64,000 nucleotides of DNA from Lama guanicoe (lineage: Eukaryota), in contig MU054400.1 in the NCBI GenBank assembly GCA_013239625.1, forward strand, positions 4,651,802-4,715,801, written 5' to 3'. Each line of letters opens with the position of its first letter. Position 1 is the first letter of the stretch. This document shows positions 1 to 12,589 of this stretch, in pieces. The notes under the pieces were generated by a model. That model saw only the letters and a list, made by a program, of their open reading frames with translations, was not told where the DNA came from and did not search any database. The position numbers were made by a program, and so were the translations under genes.

Positions 1-800
1 ATGCAAAGTGGTACAGCCACTTTGGAAGACAGTTTGGCAGTTTCTTACAAAACTAAACAGGATCCAGCAACCGTGCTTCTCACTAGTTAACCAAAAAAAG
101 TCAAAAACTTATGTCCACACAAACACCTGCCCAGAGATATTTATAGCAACTTTATTTATAATTGCCAAAACTTGGAAGCAACCAAGATGTCCTCAGTAGG
201 TGATGAATGAGTAAACTGTGGTACAGGCAGACAGTGGAATAGTATTCAATGCTAAAGAGAAGTGAGCTATCCAGCCATGAGGAGACATGGAAGAAAGTTA
301 GAAGCATAGTCTCAAGCGAAAAAAGCCAATCAGAAAAGGCTACATACGACATGATTCCAAATACATGATATTCTGGAAAAGGCAAAACTATGAAGACAAA
401 ACAATGATTAAGTGGTTGCCAGGGGTTAAGATAGGGGAGAGAAAGAATGAACACTCAAAGCAGAGGAGTCTTAGGGCAGTCTTAGTCTGTGTGATACTAG
501 GATGGTAGATACGTGTCATTATCAATTTGTCCAAATCCGTAGGATGGACCACACCCAGAGTGAACGCTAATGTAAGCTACGGACTTTGGGTGATGATGAT
601 GTGCCAATGTAGGACCATCAATGTGACAAATGTGACATCCTGCACTCTGCATCCTGCAGGAGGATGATGATGCTGATAACAGGGGAAGCTGTATGTGTGT
701 GGGGGCAGGCGCTATATGGGATATCTCGGTACCTACTCCTAAAAGTTCCCCTCAATTGAACTGCTGTAAAAAATAATACAGTCTATTAAAAAAAAAAAAA
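1..800 (+). mobile_element. L1 (L1M-type) 3' end: ORF2 C-terminus remnant, 3'UTR, poly(A)
   Basis: Translates as VQPLWKTVWQFL...FIATLFIIAKTWKQPRCP (L1 ORF2 C-terminal motif); A-tail at 787-800. Confidence 0.9.
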
Positions 801-3800
801 GAAAGTAATTCAGTCAGGCGTGAATTACACATCCGTGGAATCTGGTCCATACACAGATTTCATTTGCTACTTTTCCTGCTTATATTTTGTGTCTTGTACA
901 AAGTTTCATTACAAGGAGGGAGAGAGATTGGTGTTCAGAGCTATCATGTGACTTGCACAAGACCCCATGGCCGTTTTGATGGCACAGTGGGTGGTGGAAC
1001 CCAGTTCTCCCCAACTCCAGGCTTTTACAAAGTTCTACCTTGTGGAAGCTTCCTTATCTACACACTAAAACCCTCAGAAACACAGGTGAACAAGTTACAG
1101 TAACATCACAACTGATGTGGAGAGGAAAAAGTAGGAGCCTAAAGAGTAACCTACTCAAATGTGGCCAAATAGAAATCATTGTTTTCAGTGATGAAAGAAA
1201 AATGTCTTACGGTTTTAAAAATGTCAAACTTGTACAGATGCATAGAGATGGTCCCAATAAGAATTTGCAACCACTACCCAGTTCCATAAGGATTTCTGGT
1301 CTACTTTTTAGCCACACAAATCTGTTATTTCTCTTTAAGGGCTGGTATCCTTCTACTCCATCCTTACCTTGAAAAAAACCAAACAGACAGACATTAAAAA
1401 ATCAGGGCTGAATGCACTATTTGGAGAAAAATTTGGTTTAGTCAAACATGTATAAGACACACAAGTCCCACTTTTCATCTCTTTTTGGATGGAAGTTCTT
1501 GCATTTCATACTGTGTGACAATCACAAAACAACCCTTCTCCATTTGTGTCCTTTCATCACTTTTAAGTTTGATTCTTTCTTCAATGTCTTAAATCTTTTT
1601 AAACATTCTTATTTCACAACCTCTGTCCAATTGCCTTGTTAGCTAAAGTTCTTGAGAGAGAAGTTATTCCTGTCATTTATCAAACCTGGTGATCCCTAAT
1701 TACGCTGCACTGGTTTCCCGAGGGTTTTCTGGTTTTGGGTTGCGAGCTCATCTTCAGTGGGATTTGGGACTCTTCCCTGGGGTGGGATGAGGGCAGGTCT
1801 CTCCAGAGGAGTTTACCAGTTCAGGACTATTTTCCTGACATAGGTGACTCTGGACAAACATGAAGTATCAATTTGAAATTCAATTCACATGAGGAGGAAG
1901 CCTGAGGTTACAAATTCTCACACACCTTGTGGCAGATCAGATCAGCTTTTTGTCACAGGCCTGTGTTAAGTGGGCAGATTTAGAGCCAGTCCACCTCTTA
2001 CGGAAGGTTTGATCTCCGGGGAGTGGTATGTCTAAAACTGCCCGAAGTCTCATCTCTTGTCCCACCTGCATATTAAAAACCCAACCCCTTATACTCCTGA
2101 GCTGAAGCCCATCCCCAGTGCATCAGGATTCACTTATGTCCTTATTTTTTACGTTTGGTTGTATCTTCCTTACCTTCTTTCGGGTGCAGATGTGCATTTA
2201 AGTGATGCTTTCTGTATGTTGTTAGTGTTTCTAATACCTTACAGCTAGAAGGTTTTAGGGTTTTTTACTCACCATACAGCCAAGTTCAAAATGCCCTTTA
2301 GCTTTCGCTGTGCGGCTTCTGTTAGAGAGGGAGAGAACAGCTCTGGTCGGTCAGATTTTGTGATATGCCTTGCTTGGCAATGCTATTAGAATACGTAAAA
2401 CTATTATAAGTTCAAGATTCTCCAATAAACTGGAAAAGGCCATTGTATATTCTTTTCTGGGAACTTTTCTTGTATTTCATGGTAAGTGGAATTTGTAAAT
2501 AAATCGAGGAGGCAGCAGACAGTGAATGGGAGCAATTTTTGGTCAGATTTGAGATCTTTTCTCTGAGAAGCAACCAGTAACACATGTTGTCAACAAATAA
2601 CACATGTTGATAACTTCATAGCGCTCTGAAGCATCACTGATGAATTTCAAAGCCTCCTGTTGCTCTAAGGAACTTTCTTAAGAGAGAAATGGGAATCAGC
2701 TTGAACCTTCTTGGACAGATATTAGAAAACTGACCCATGCGCATTATCCAGCAAAAGTCCTTCCAAACTCAAACTCTAGAAGGTAGCCACCATTATTAAT
2801 TAATTAATGTTTAATTGTTAATGCTGTTAATTAATGCTGATTTTATTCCGCATACTATTTTAACTAGAGTTTCTAATACTACAAAGTTGCGTTTTGTGTG
2901 CTTTGCATATGTATACGTACAGGTATCTATTAGAGTAGAGTGTTGTGGTGATGTCTATGGTGCATTTATGCCCATTTTATTAGGCTTGGAGCATATTTTA
3001 ACCATTTTATATGTTCATAGATTTATTGTTGCTGAGCCTTGGCTTTTATGACATTTCTGTTTACTGTCATGTTTATTTCATGCCAAACCCTTGGTCAGTG
3101 GTACAAAACCTCCAATTACTGTATTTTTTCCCATGGAAAAGTGTTATATGTTTTTATGATGGGCTGCACAATGCTTTAGTTTCCTGGAATGTATTTTGGT
3201 TAAAAGCAAAGACCGTCTGTATATCAGAACATTATTGCAGCTAATTAATTACACTGAAAGGTGATTCATCCAGGAAACAATATTCACGGTGTACCATCAT
3301 GTGCCTAGCACCAAGCTTTCTGAGTACTAGCTTTTTGACCTATTTAAAGATATAAAATGTAGACTTCTAACACTCAAAGACCCTACAGTATTTTAAAACC
3401 TTATATAAATCAAATATCTAATCAAATTACTCCAAAGACAAAACTTTTTCTTAAAAGACATATTTAAGTCGTTCAAGACATTTAAGTCAATTAAAATACA
3501 CATATGAAAGAATCTATTTAGTTAATATTTGAAAAATTAATCCCTTTTGCTTAAAGTTAGGATAGGATGGGGGAGGTGGGAACCTATGTTTTTCACATGT
3601 TAAGAGAGTGAGGTAGACCAGAGAGAGGGGAGTGGTTTGGAGAATGACTCTGAAATGCATTTTTAACTACTGTGCCTTTTTTGTGTGTGTGATCTTGGTT
3701 AAGGACTCCTTTTATTGATTGTGGCTGGAGAGCTCCACTTGGGGGATTTCTTCTAGGAAACTTCAGCAGGAAATTTCAGAAAAACCAAGTAGATCCTTTC

Positions 3801-6282
3801 TTTAAGAGGATTCTATAGAAATACAAAATGTGGCTACTTCTAAACCATGACTCCCTGGATCTGTCTTATTAACCATTATCCTTATCACTCAATAAATAAT
3901 TAAAGAAATGAGCATTAAACTATTGGAAGTAATTCTGGATTCCTAAGATGTTGTAAACCCAGTATACTGTTCTTGAGTGGTAGCTCCTCCGAAATTTTCA
4001 TCATCTCAAAATTTCTTAAAATTCAGAGAAAATGGCAGAAATACTTGAGCAACAAATTAAATTATGCCTGTTATTCTTACACATTTTTAAAGCGTATACT
4101 TGGACTTACTGAGTGTATATAAGCAAAAAACATCAATTTTACAGGTGTGCGAATTTACGAGACTACAGCATTGAAAAGGGTGAACGATTATCGCTTTATT
4201 TGCAAATCTTCAAACTGACAAAACCCTCTGGAAAAATTCATGACAAGTTTGTCTTTCTTAAAAAGCAATGTTTCTATAAATCTTACCAAACTGTGATGAA
4301 TGAGACTGGAAATCACTTCACTGGCTTGAGTAATGGGACTTATATTTCATGAAACCATGCCAAGAAACCTGGAGGCTTTTATTGAAATTGAATCTTCTGT
4401 AATATTTAATACCCCGTGTGCCCTGTACCCCTCAAAAGACAACTTTTGATACTGACTCGAAATATTTTACCACAATTTTTTCTGAAAGGAAAATAAATAG
4501 AAATCAAGGATATTAAATCTGATGATTTTTAAAAGGTTCATTAGTTAGCAACAGAGAAAAAGTTAGAAGCAGTAAAAATAAATATAACTATTTTTGCTAC
4601 ATCAATGTGGCTATGAGTTCAGGTTTTATCAATAATTATGATTTGTACATCCAGTTCTAATGAATGAATGATGTTGACTGCTTCCTTCTGGATGACTTTT
4701 CTTGCAGTCTTGCTTTAACAAGACAGAAACTCTTTTGAATGTTCCATTCTCCTTCCCAATTATATCCAAATATTGTCATAGGGAAACGTAGAATCTAGTA
4801 GCTAACTGCACTAAAAACCCAATAGCGGGAACTCTGGAGGGAGAAGGGCATGTTATATGAAATCTACTTTTGCACTTAATGGTAAAATGAGTGGTGTGTG
4901 CACACTGCTTAGAGACAGCGCTACGTACCTGCAGTTAGGAACCTGGCTGTTGTTCTAGGGGATGAGTTTTGTAAGTGCTGTTTAGTTTTGCCAATCTTTT
5001 GTTTCAGGTAGTGTCAGAACCTAAAAGACATTGGGCCAGGCATAAAACAAACCAGGCTAGGAACCAACGTACACCTGCATCCCCATATGTTTATAATCCC
5101 CTGTATCTTTTCAGACACTAGTCAGAGATTTGTACGTGTTTATTTGCATCCAGCTTGTTTTCACAAAGGATTTAATAAGGGTTAGAGATGCATTCAATAT
5201 CACAGGATACGATAAATAAAAATTGGAAGGAAACTGAGTCAGGAAAGTAAGGGTAGGCAAGTAGGCAAAATCCATGCCATGGGGTCTTAAACCTGGGGTC
5301 CCAAACTTCAGGGGGCCAGGCAAGTGATGTCAAGCCCTAATCTTTAAGCCTACGTGAGACACAAAGGCTGTGAGTCTGGAGCAATGGTGTGAGAAGGGGT
5401 CGGAGAGGTTCTTTAAATAGCTCACAGCTCAGGAGGACATGTGCAGTGTGCCTTTGCTATTATGTTTGTGAATATTCTATTCCGTAATGGAAAACAAGAA
5501 AATAAATGGGATGGATGAAACTCACAAGATGTGTTAAGCGTAGATAAGGAAGTTAGTAACCCATTAGACCAAGACAGCAAATATTCATGACGCACTTTAC
5601 ATACAGGAGGCTCTTGAGGCACTCAGTATTCATGAGATCTAGTCCACTCGTTGGTGGTGCCCATTCTGGCCCCGAGAAACACAAGGAAAATCCATAGCAG
5701 CTCATCAGACTAACGGGCAGTCTGTAAGCACTGGCCAGGCATACTTGCCCCTCTGCATTTGCTCAGGTTAATATGTTTCTGTTCCCTAACATTCTGCCCT
5801 TAGCTCTTTTCTTTTCAGTCCTGCATCCTATTCCTGTGTGACTCCATCTACTTTCATGCTTGAAGCTCCTCTGGTGTACACCAGAATTAAGCTCGGCTAT
5901 CCTATAGGTACCCAGCTCCACCTGGTCATCATCTAGATGCCCATGGGCACCGCACACTTCATATCTCCATGACTGACCTCATCTTGTCTTCCCCTGAACA
6001 GCTTAGGCATCTGTATTTCAGCCTACATGGCAGCAATATTCACCTAGCCACTCAACCAAAGAATTGGATTACCGCCTTGACTCTGTCCTTTTCCCCTAGT
6101 ACCAGGTCTTCTGATTTCTACCTCCTTAAAGTTTCTCATTGTTTTTCTCTACCCACCATCTCCAAGGATGTGCCAGATTAGCACTAATCACCTTGGGTAT
6201 CAAAGAGTCTTCAGAGTGAAGACCCAAGTGCTGAGCATAATGGACAAGGTTGTCAAGATCTGCCTTGGTTTACCTCTCCACT

Positions 6283-6774
6283 CTGGAAAACTACTGCCAG
6301 CCGTATCAGTAAACAAAGGATGCTGTGGCCATCAAGCCATCAGCTGCTACCACCACCCCTGACAGTGAGTGGAGGGAACTCAGGATGCAGACAAACAGGC
6401 AGCCCCGCCTCTGCAGCCACCCCCAACAGTGCCCCCTGAGGGGACTTGGGATGGGAAAGAACAGGACACTGGCCCTAGATAGCTAGGTGCACATCAAAGG
6501 GATGATTTCAATGAGCCTGAATCTTTGCACCTTCCCATACATAGAAAAGTGCTAAATTTCTTAACTTGAGACATCTGATTTTCTTTAATTAACTGTAATC
6601 TTTTCGATGTTCCCACTACATGGTCTTTGTTGCAAAAACTCATATATGCTGGCTTCTACCTTGCCACTTTGGAGCAGTCCCTCAGAGCAATCTGAGAGGC
6701 TTACGTCCTCAGAAGTGTCCGCTGAATAAAACATAACTCTCAACTTTGAGGCTGTGCATTTATTTCAGTCAACA
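6283..6774 (+). mobile_element. ERV1-class solo LTR
   Basis: AATAAA at 6725, U5-like end ...tttcagtcaaCA; similar to the reverse complement of the LTR at ~54.0 kb. 5' boundary uncertain. Confidence 0.7.
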
Positions 6775-7179
6775 CAAGTTTTGAACTCCGTGCAAAGATC
6801 CTTCCCCTTTCTACTGTTATCTCTTGACATGTCACTGCCTGAGCTCTGATGACTTAGGTTCCTGAATGAGCCATTATCTTTCTCACATCCTCACTGTTTT
6901 CTTCTCTCTAGATGTCCTCCTTTTCCACCCCAACCACCCCAAAATCCACCAGCCCATTGCACACTATTTTATTTTGCTAACTCTTAATCTTCTTTCATAT
7001 GTTTTAGTAGGATGTCAACTCCCCTAGGAAACTTCCCTGAAACCCCAGCCTCACCCCTGTCATCACCCTCCATCCCTGGCCTTTATCTGAATTAAGCGCC
7101 CTCCTTTCGCGTTCCCACAGCAGGCTGTCAGGGTTGCAGAGGGAAGATGATAGCACAGTCAAATGAGGGTGAGTCATGG

Positions 7180-7590
7180 AGGTGTGGGAGAAGTGCAAAG
7201 GAATCACAAGGATGGGGCAGGAACCCCAGGTTAGTAACACGGAGCTGCCACCAACTCTAGAACCAGAGAGGCTAAGAGAGAGAGTGGTTACCAACACCTG
7301 GACAGAGAAAGTCACAGAGAAGAGTTTACCTGGTGAGGAGCAGTGACCTTTGTTTGCTAGAGACTGAGGCAAACTTGCAGTGAGAAAAGCAAGACAGTAA
7401 CTAACCCTGAGCTCATTCTCATCCTTCTCCTCGACCTCATGCCAGGTTCCCTGTTGGCCAAATCAAGCTGCAGCCAGAGGACAGGGAAGCACGTTAAAAT
7501 AATCTTACAGCTGAGCCTGTCGACCTGTAAGGGTGGAGAGAGGTAGCACGTACATCTAGAGAAATACACGGATTCTGTCTAGCATCATCA
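7180..7590 (-). mobile_element. ERVL LTR33-like fragment
   Basis: Minus strand cctctggctgcagcttgatttggccaacagggaacctggc resembles the recalled LTR33 core. Confidence 0.5.
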
Positions 7591-8229
7591 CACTTGAATG
7601 GAACTTAGTCTTTGGTCTCCCCCATTGGACTGAGTTACTTGAGGACAGAGGATGTTTTATTTATCTTTGCATCCTTAGTATAGACTAGACAATAAACATC
7701 CTAATATAGATTAGACAATAAATGCTTATTGATTGATTCAGAGAATATGGCAAATTGGACATCACTTGGAGGATTATCTTTCTGATCTTGCCACGTGCTT
7801 TCTGGAATCCAGGGGAAAATGGAGCATAGAGTGAGCTCTATAATTTTCATTGTCTGACAAAAAGAGAAACATCATTTGGTCGGGAGAGATGAGTTCTCTT
7901 AGTGCTCAATGCTGAGAGGAACTGGAATCCATCACGTGCCTGCCTGTATATGAGGCACTCAGCTGCGTAATGGTCCGTATCGTCAACAGAGAAACCACAG
8001 GTGCAGAAACGTTCTTCATGGGGCCATTTAAAAATATGAGCCATTGATAAAAGCCAAAGGCATGTTGTTAAAAAGGAATCCAAAGGTGAACTGAGCGAGT
8101 GTGTCCCACTTTGGTTGCTCTTAGAACATCTTGCGCAAGAAATGGTTAAGCCTCAGACTTCAAACCTGACCCTCTAAAAATATCTCCAGTGCAGTCTTTT
8201 CTGGATTCTCTCTTTTCTCATCAGCCAAT

Positions 8230-8450
8230 AGATGAGGAGGATGAACTGAAAAATTCAAATGCATGGAGGAACCATGGATCCATTAGAGAGGGCAGAAGCC
8301 CAGGTCCATAAATGACTACGTGGAGTGGAGCTGTTTCTCTAGTCCCTGCAAACATCTGTGCTGAGAGCAAGAACTAAAGCTTTAATGAGATAAACCTTGG
8401 AGATCTACTGAGTTTCATAGCAGCAGTTATTTAACTCTGACTAACGCAGA
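8230..8450 (+). mobile_element. Old MaLR (MLT1-type) LTR fragment
   Basis: aatgactacgtggagtggagc...gagcaagaactaaagcttt...catagcagcag...ctgactaacgca resembles an MLT1 3' end. Confidence 0.45.
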
Positions 8451-8895
8451 TATAAAATAATGTCCTCAATTCTCCACCTGAGTCTGTCTTAATTGTTATC
8501 ACCGTGATTATCATAGTCCACAGTCCATGTCATAATCAGGTTATTTTCACGGAAGTCCTTTCCAGCTTGAGTCTCCTAATTTCAGGACTATAGTATTGTT
8601 GTCTTCCATTTAAGAGATATCCCTCAGAGCTCTCCTTGCTCGGAACATTATAGAAAATATGACCCCAACATTCTGATGTGATGCGTTATCTCTTTAGACT
8701 CTCCTAGCAACTCTAAGGACTATGTAAGGATCAGTTAGTGTCTCCCTTTTGTAGGTGATAAAACTGAGACTAAGAAGGTTAAGCAAGAATAAAGTGGAAA
8801 AAAAACCCCAATTAATTTACAGTGTTGTATGAAGATTAAGCAAGAGAATGGTTGAGTCTGCCTGGCATCTGGTACATGTTAAGAGTTCAGTTTTC

Positions 8896-9320
8896 TTATA
8901 AGTTATCTATTGCCTCGTAATAAACCACCCCCAAATAATGACTTAGAACAGTAACAATCATTTATTCGCTCGCAGAACTTGGGCTGTGAAGACACAAATA
9001 GATGGGGGTTGGGGATGGGGTGGGAACAGCTGGCTTCCTCCGGTTTCTCTCTTTCTGTGGTCTCTCCACATGGTCTCTCCACATGGCAGCCCCAGGGTAA
9101 CCATGGCAGCTGAAGGCTTCCAGAGTGAGTGGAGAGAGCAGGAACAAGAGAGCAAGAGAGAGCAAGAGAGAGCGAGAGAGAGTGTCAGGCAGAAGGTCTA
9201 ACACCTTATGACGTAGCTTTAGAAGGACATCACACCATGTCCCTTCTACCACATTGTCTTAGAATCAAGCCACTAGGGCCAACTTACATTCATGGGGAGG
9301 AGAATTAGACTCTGGTTCTT
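8896..9320 (-). mobile_element. MaLR MLT1-type LTR
   Basis: agttatctattgc...taataaaccacccc...catttatt...ggggagggagaattagactc is the typical reverse-strand MLT1 pattern. Confidence 0.7.
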
Positions 9321-9367
9321 TATTAAATTTTGGAGCCCATTTCCCTTTCTAAAATGCTTGCCTGGGT

Positions 9368-9495
9368 GGGGAACGGTATAGCTCAGTGGTAGAGTGCATG
9401 CTTAGCATGCACAAGGTTATGAGTTCAGTCCCCTGTACCTCCAATAAAAATAAATAAATAAGCCAACCTACCTCACCGCCTTCCCCTCAAGATAA
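9368..9495 (+). mobile_element. tRNA-Ala-derived SINE (camelid Vic-1-like)
   Basis: gtatagctcagtggtagagtgcatgcttagcatgcacaagg...gagttcagtcccc, then aaataaataaa and a C-rich tail. Confidence 0.85.
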
Positions 9496-10379
9496 AATGT
9501 TTGCCTAACTTAGTGCAGATGTGAAATTTAGGGGTAAGGGACACAGCCAGCGTCATTCACAGCTACGGTTGCATGGTTCAACCAAGATTCGATCCAATTT
9601 TGTGACTCCCAAGCTCGTTCTCTTTTTCGTTATTTCAGAAAATCTCCTGTGATCAGCATGTCGAATAGGGTAGGTAAGACGTGTTAGTCCCCAGATGGAG
9701 CCCTCTCGTGGCCTTGGAAAACACACGTTTATTTTGCAAGAACCGTATTAGCTTTGTACATATTAGTCTTCAAGCAGTCATCCATAAGCACCTTCCAAGT
9801 TTCCAAGTATCTGTGTTTATAATTCCCCCACCAACAGATGTTTTCATTTTCATTTCCCCCAGATGAATCACAATTTTTGTTGTTATTTTTGACTATATTT
9901 CTCGCTTCTCAAGATCCTTTTGTGTTAATGCTCAACCCTGCCTCTCAGGTGAATACTGCCTCCCCATGTGGAGTCTTCCCTTGATTCTATCATCAGGAAT
10001 CCGTGGCTTCCCTGTGGTCCATTGAATGAAATGGTCTTTAAGAGGAGCGTCTGACATAAGATCTGAGGGGCTTTTTTCTTTTTTTTTCTAGAGGCCAAAA
10101 TCTCTGCAGTCTAAAATTTCTGTTAAACTAAAGAGAGTTTAAACCATCTTGTTTTAGAAAATCTGGGAATTTGAACAATGATATGGATCTGGAATCTCAG
10201 AGGGTTCACATATCAGTTTTAGTAACTCCCGGCAGTAAGGTAGATTTCCCCGTAGGAGTTTTTCCCCTAAGGGAAATCATCCTTTCTGTTCCCCCCACCC
10301 AGGGCTTGATGGGGGCATGGGGTAAGAAGTAGAGAGAAAAGATAAAGGTGGCCAGTAGATATGTGGTCTCTGTGTAGAC

Positions 10380-10675
10380 CAGTACAGCCCACAGAAATAT
10401 AACTGCAAGCCACATTTGTACCCTTATGTTTTCTACTACCTTCATTTTAAAACTAAAAGGTGAGATTAATTTTTAAATAATATATTTTATTTATCCCAAT
10501 ATATCCAAAATACTATCATTTCAACCTGCGTTTAATAGAAAAAAAGTCGAGAGATTTTTCATCCTTATTTCCCTACCAAGCCTTGGAATCCAGGTGTATT
10601 CCACATTTCTTGCATGCCTTATTCGGGACTTACCACATTGCAACTCATCAGCAGCCAACCGTATGGGACAGCATA
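10380..10675. mobile_element. MER33-like hAT-Charlie MITE
   Basis: agaaatataactgcaagccaca...ttaatttttaaataatatattttatttatcccaatatatccaaaatactatcatttcaac matches the recalled MER33 consensus. Confidence 0.8.
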
Positions 10676-11139
10676 CGTAAACCCTTCGTTCCTGTTGCTT
10701 CATTGGGCCTCTGAGACCTCAAACCTTTCTTCTCTGGTTTCATATTTTCATAGTTCAGATCTCAGCTCCAAATACCTATCCTGGAGATGTGTTAGAAATC
10801 CATCTAATGCGGGCCACTGCGCCCCGTCATCCCGCAGTATTGTCTCCATAGAACTGGTCTTTTCTAAAATGCTCATTTATCTGCTTCCATATCTATTGTG
10901 TGGCTTCTCCACCAGAACGCAAGTCTCCCGAGGGCAGGGGCTTTTTAAAACCTATTACAGTCTCTGATTTCCCGGTGCCGAGCACCGTGCCTGGCCTGTG
11001 TACACATTCGCGGGACGCTTTTCTCCGGAACCCCGCCGGAGGGGGCAGCGTGTCACAGGTGGGGCGCCCACGTCGCGCGCGGCCGCGCCGGCGGCGCTCC
11101 CCGCGCGGGTGTGGGGTGAGTGGGTGTGCGCGGGGGTGT

Positions 11140-11238
11140 GCGCGGTAGAGCGCGCCAGCGAGCCCGGAGCGCCGAGCGGGGAGGAGCAGCGAGCGCGGCG
11201 CAGCACCCGCAGCGCCGGCCGGGCTGGGCAGCTCGGAG
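11140..11238 (+). other. DAPK1: Possible alternative upstream non-coding first exon of DAPK1
   Basis: GAGCGCGCCAGCGAGCCCGGAGC...GGGCAGCTCGGAG|gtgggt donor-like site at 11239 inside the CpG island. Human DAPK1 has alternative first exons. The start coordinate is a guess. Confidence 0.5.
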
Positions 11239-11329
11239 GTGGGTGGGCCGTGTCGCCAGCCCGCCCGCGGGGTCCCCATTGGCCGCCCGCCGGCCGCCCT
11301 CCGCCCGGAAGACGGCGAGGAGCCGAGGG

Positions 11330-11513
11330 GCTGCTCCAGAGCCGGAGCGGGAGAGCCCGGCCGAGCCGACGCAGGGGCGGGCGCGCGGGGTCCGCGCCCC
11401 CACTCGCTGCCTCCCTGCGCTCCCGCCACCACCCGGCTCGTCCCCGGCGCTGGCGCCTACCGTCGGCCTCCGACAGCGCTCCGGAGGGACCCGGGCAGCT
11501 CCCGGGCGCCCGG
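11330..11513 (+). other. DAPK1: DAPK1 non-coding exon 1 (5' start approximate)
   Basis: ...GTCGGCCTCCGACAGCGCTCCGGAGGGACC...GGCGCCCGG|gtgagt resembles the recalled human DAPK1 exon 1. Consensus donor GTGAGT at 11514-11519. Confidence 0.8.
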
Positions 11514-12373
11514 GTGAGTGGCCGCGCGCGGCTCCCCGGCTCCTCCCGGGCCCCGCCGCCTGCTTTTGCTTTCGTGGCCGCGGCGCGGCGGGATTTGTCC
11601 GGGCAGTGCCCCGAGCAACCGGGAAGGCCGAGGCGGGGGGAAACTTGACGGCGGGGAGAAGTGGGATAGCAGCCCGGAGGCGGCCCCAGCCCCGCGGGCC
11701 GGGTGGGAACAGGTGGCGCGGGCCGGGCGCTTTGTGTCGGGGCGCGGAGACTCGGGGCGGGCGGCCGCGCCTCCCTCGGCCGCTCCCTTCCCTCCCCTGC
11801 TCCCCCGGGCGGCCGCACGCCGGGTCGGCCGGGTAACGGAGCGGGAGTCGCCAGGAATGTGCCTCTGGGGACTGCTTGGCTCGAGGGAGGAGAGAAGGTG
11901 GCCGCGGCGGCCGGAGACGTGCGGAAGCCGAGAGGTAGCGCGGGGGCTGCGCCGCCGCTGCAGGCAGGAGAGGGATGCTTCGAGCGAGGCGCGTTCCACC
12001 CGGGCGAGGGCTTCATTCTTCCGCGGCGCCCCTGGAGGTGGGGAGCTGGGTGGGTGTGTGTGCAGAGAAAGGGGAGGAGGGGAGGCCAGCCACTTCCGGA
12101 GCGGGTTCTGATCCGTGCTGAGCGCCCTGCTTTCGGGGACGCCAACCTTGGGGTGCGGTTGTGCCCGGCCCCACGCGTGCGCCAACGATGCGGGGCTGGG
12201 GGCGTCTCTGGTCCGGGTTTAACAAAGAGTGCTCCTCTCCACCCGGCTGGGAGGAGCTGCTCCGGAGAGGTGGTCTTAGGCGAGCGTGTTTTAGAACTGT
12301 GGAAGGGTACTTCCATTTTGGGTTGTTATTTCACTATTATTATTGCTGTTTTGTTTTGTTTTGTTTTTTTAAG

Positions 12374-12589
<216 letters not shown>

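Larger units (their letters stand above)
5790..7740 (+). mobile_element. Degenerate L2 LINE split by two LTR insertions
   Basis: L2-like pyrimidine-rich body at 5790-6270 and 6780-7130; typical L2 3' end (ttgaggacagagg...caataaatgcttattgattga) at ~7620-7740. Confidence 0.55.

Noticed and set aside
2477..2487. Strong donor-like ATG|gtaagt upstream of DAPK1
   Set aside because: No matching acceptor, coding signal or promoter to support an exon.
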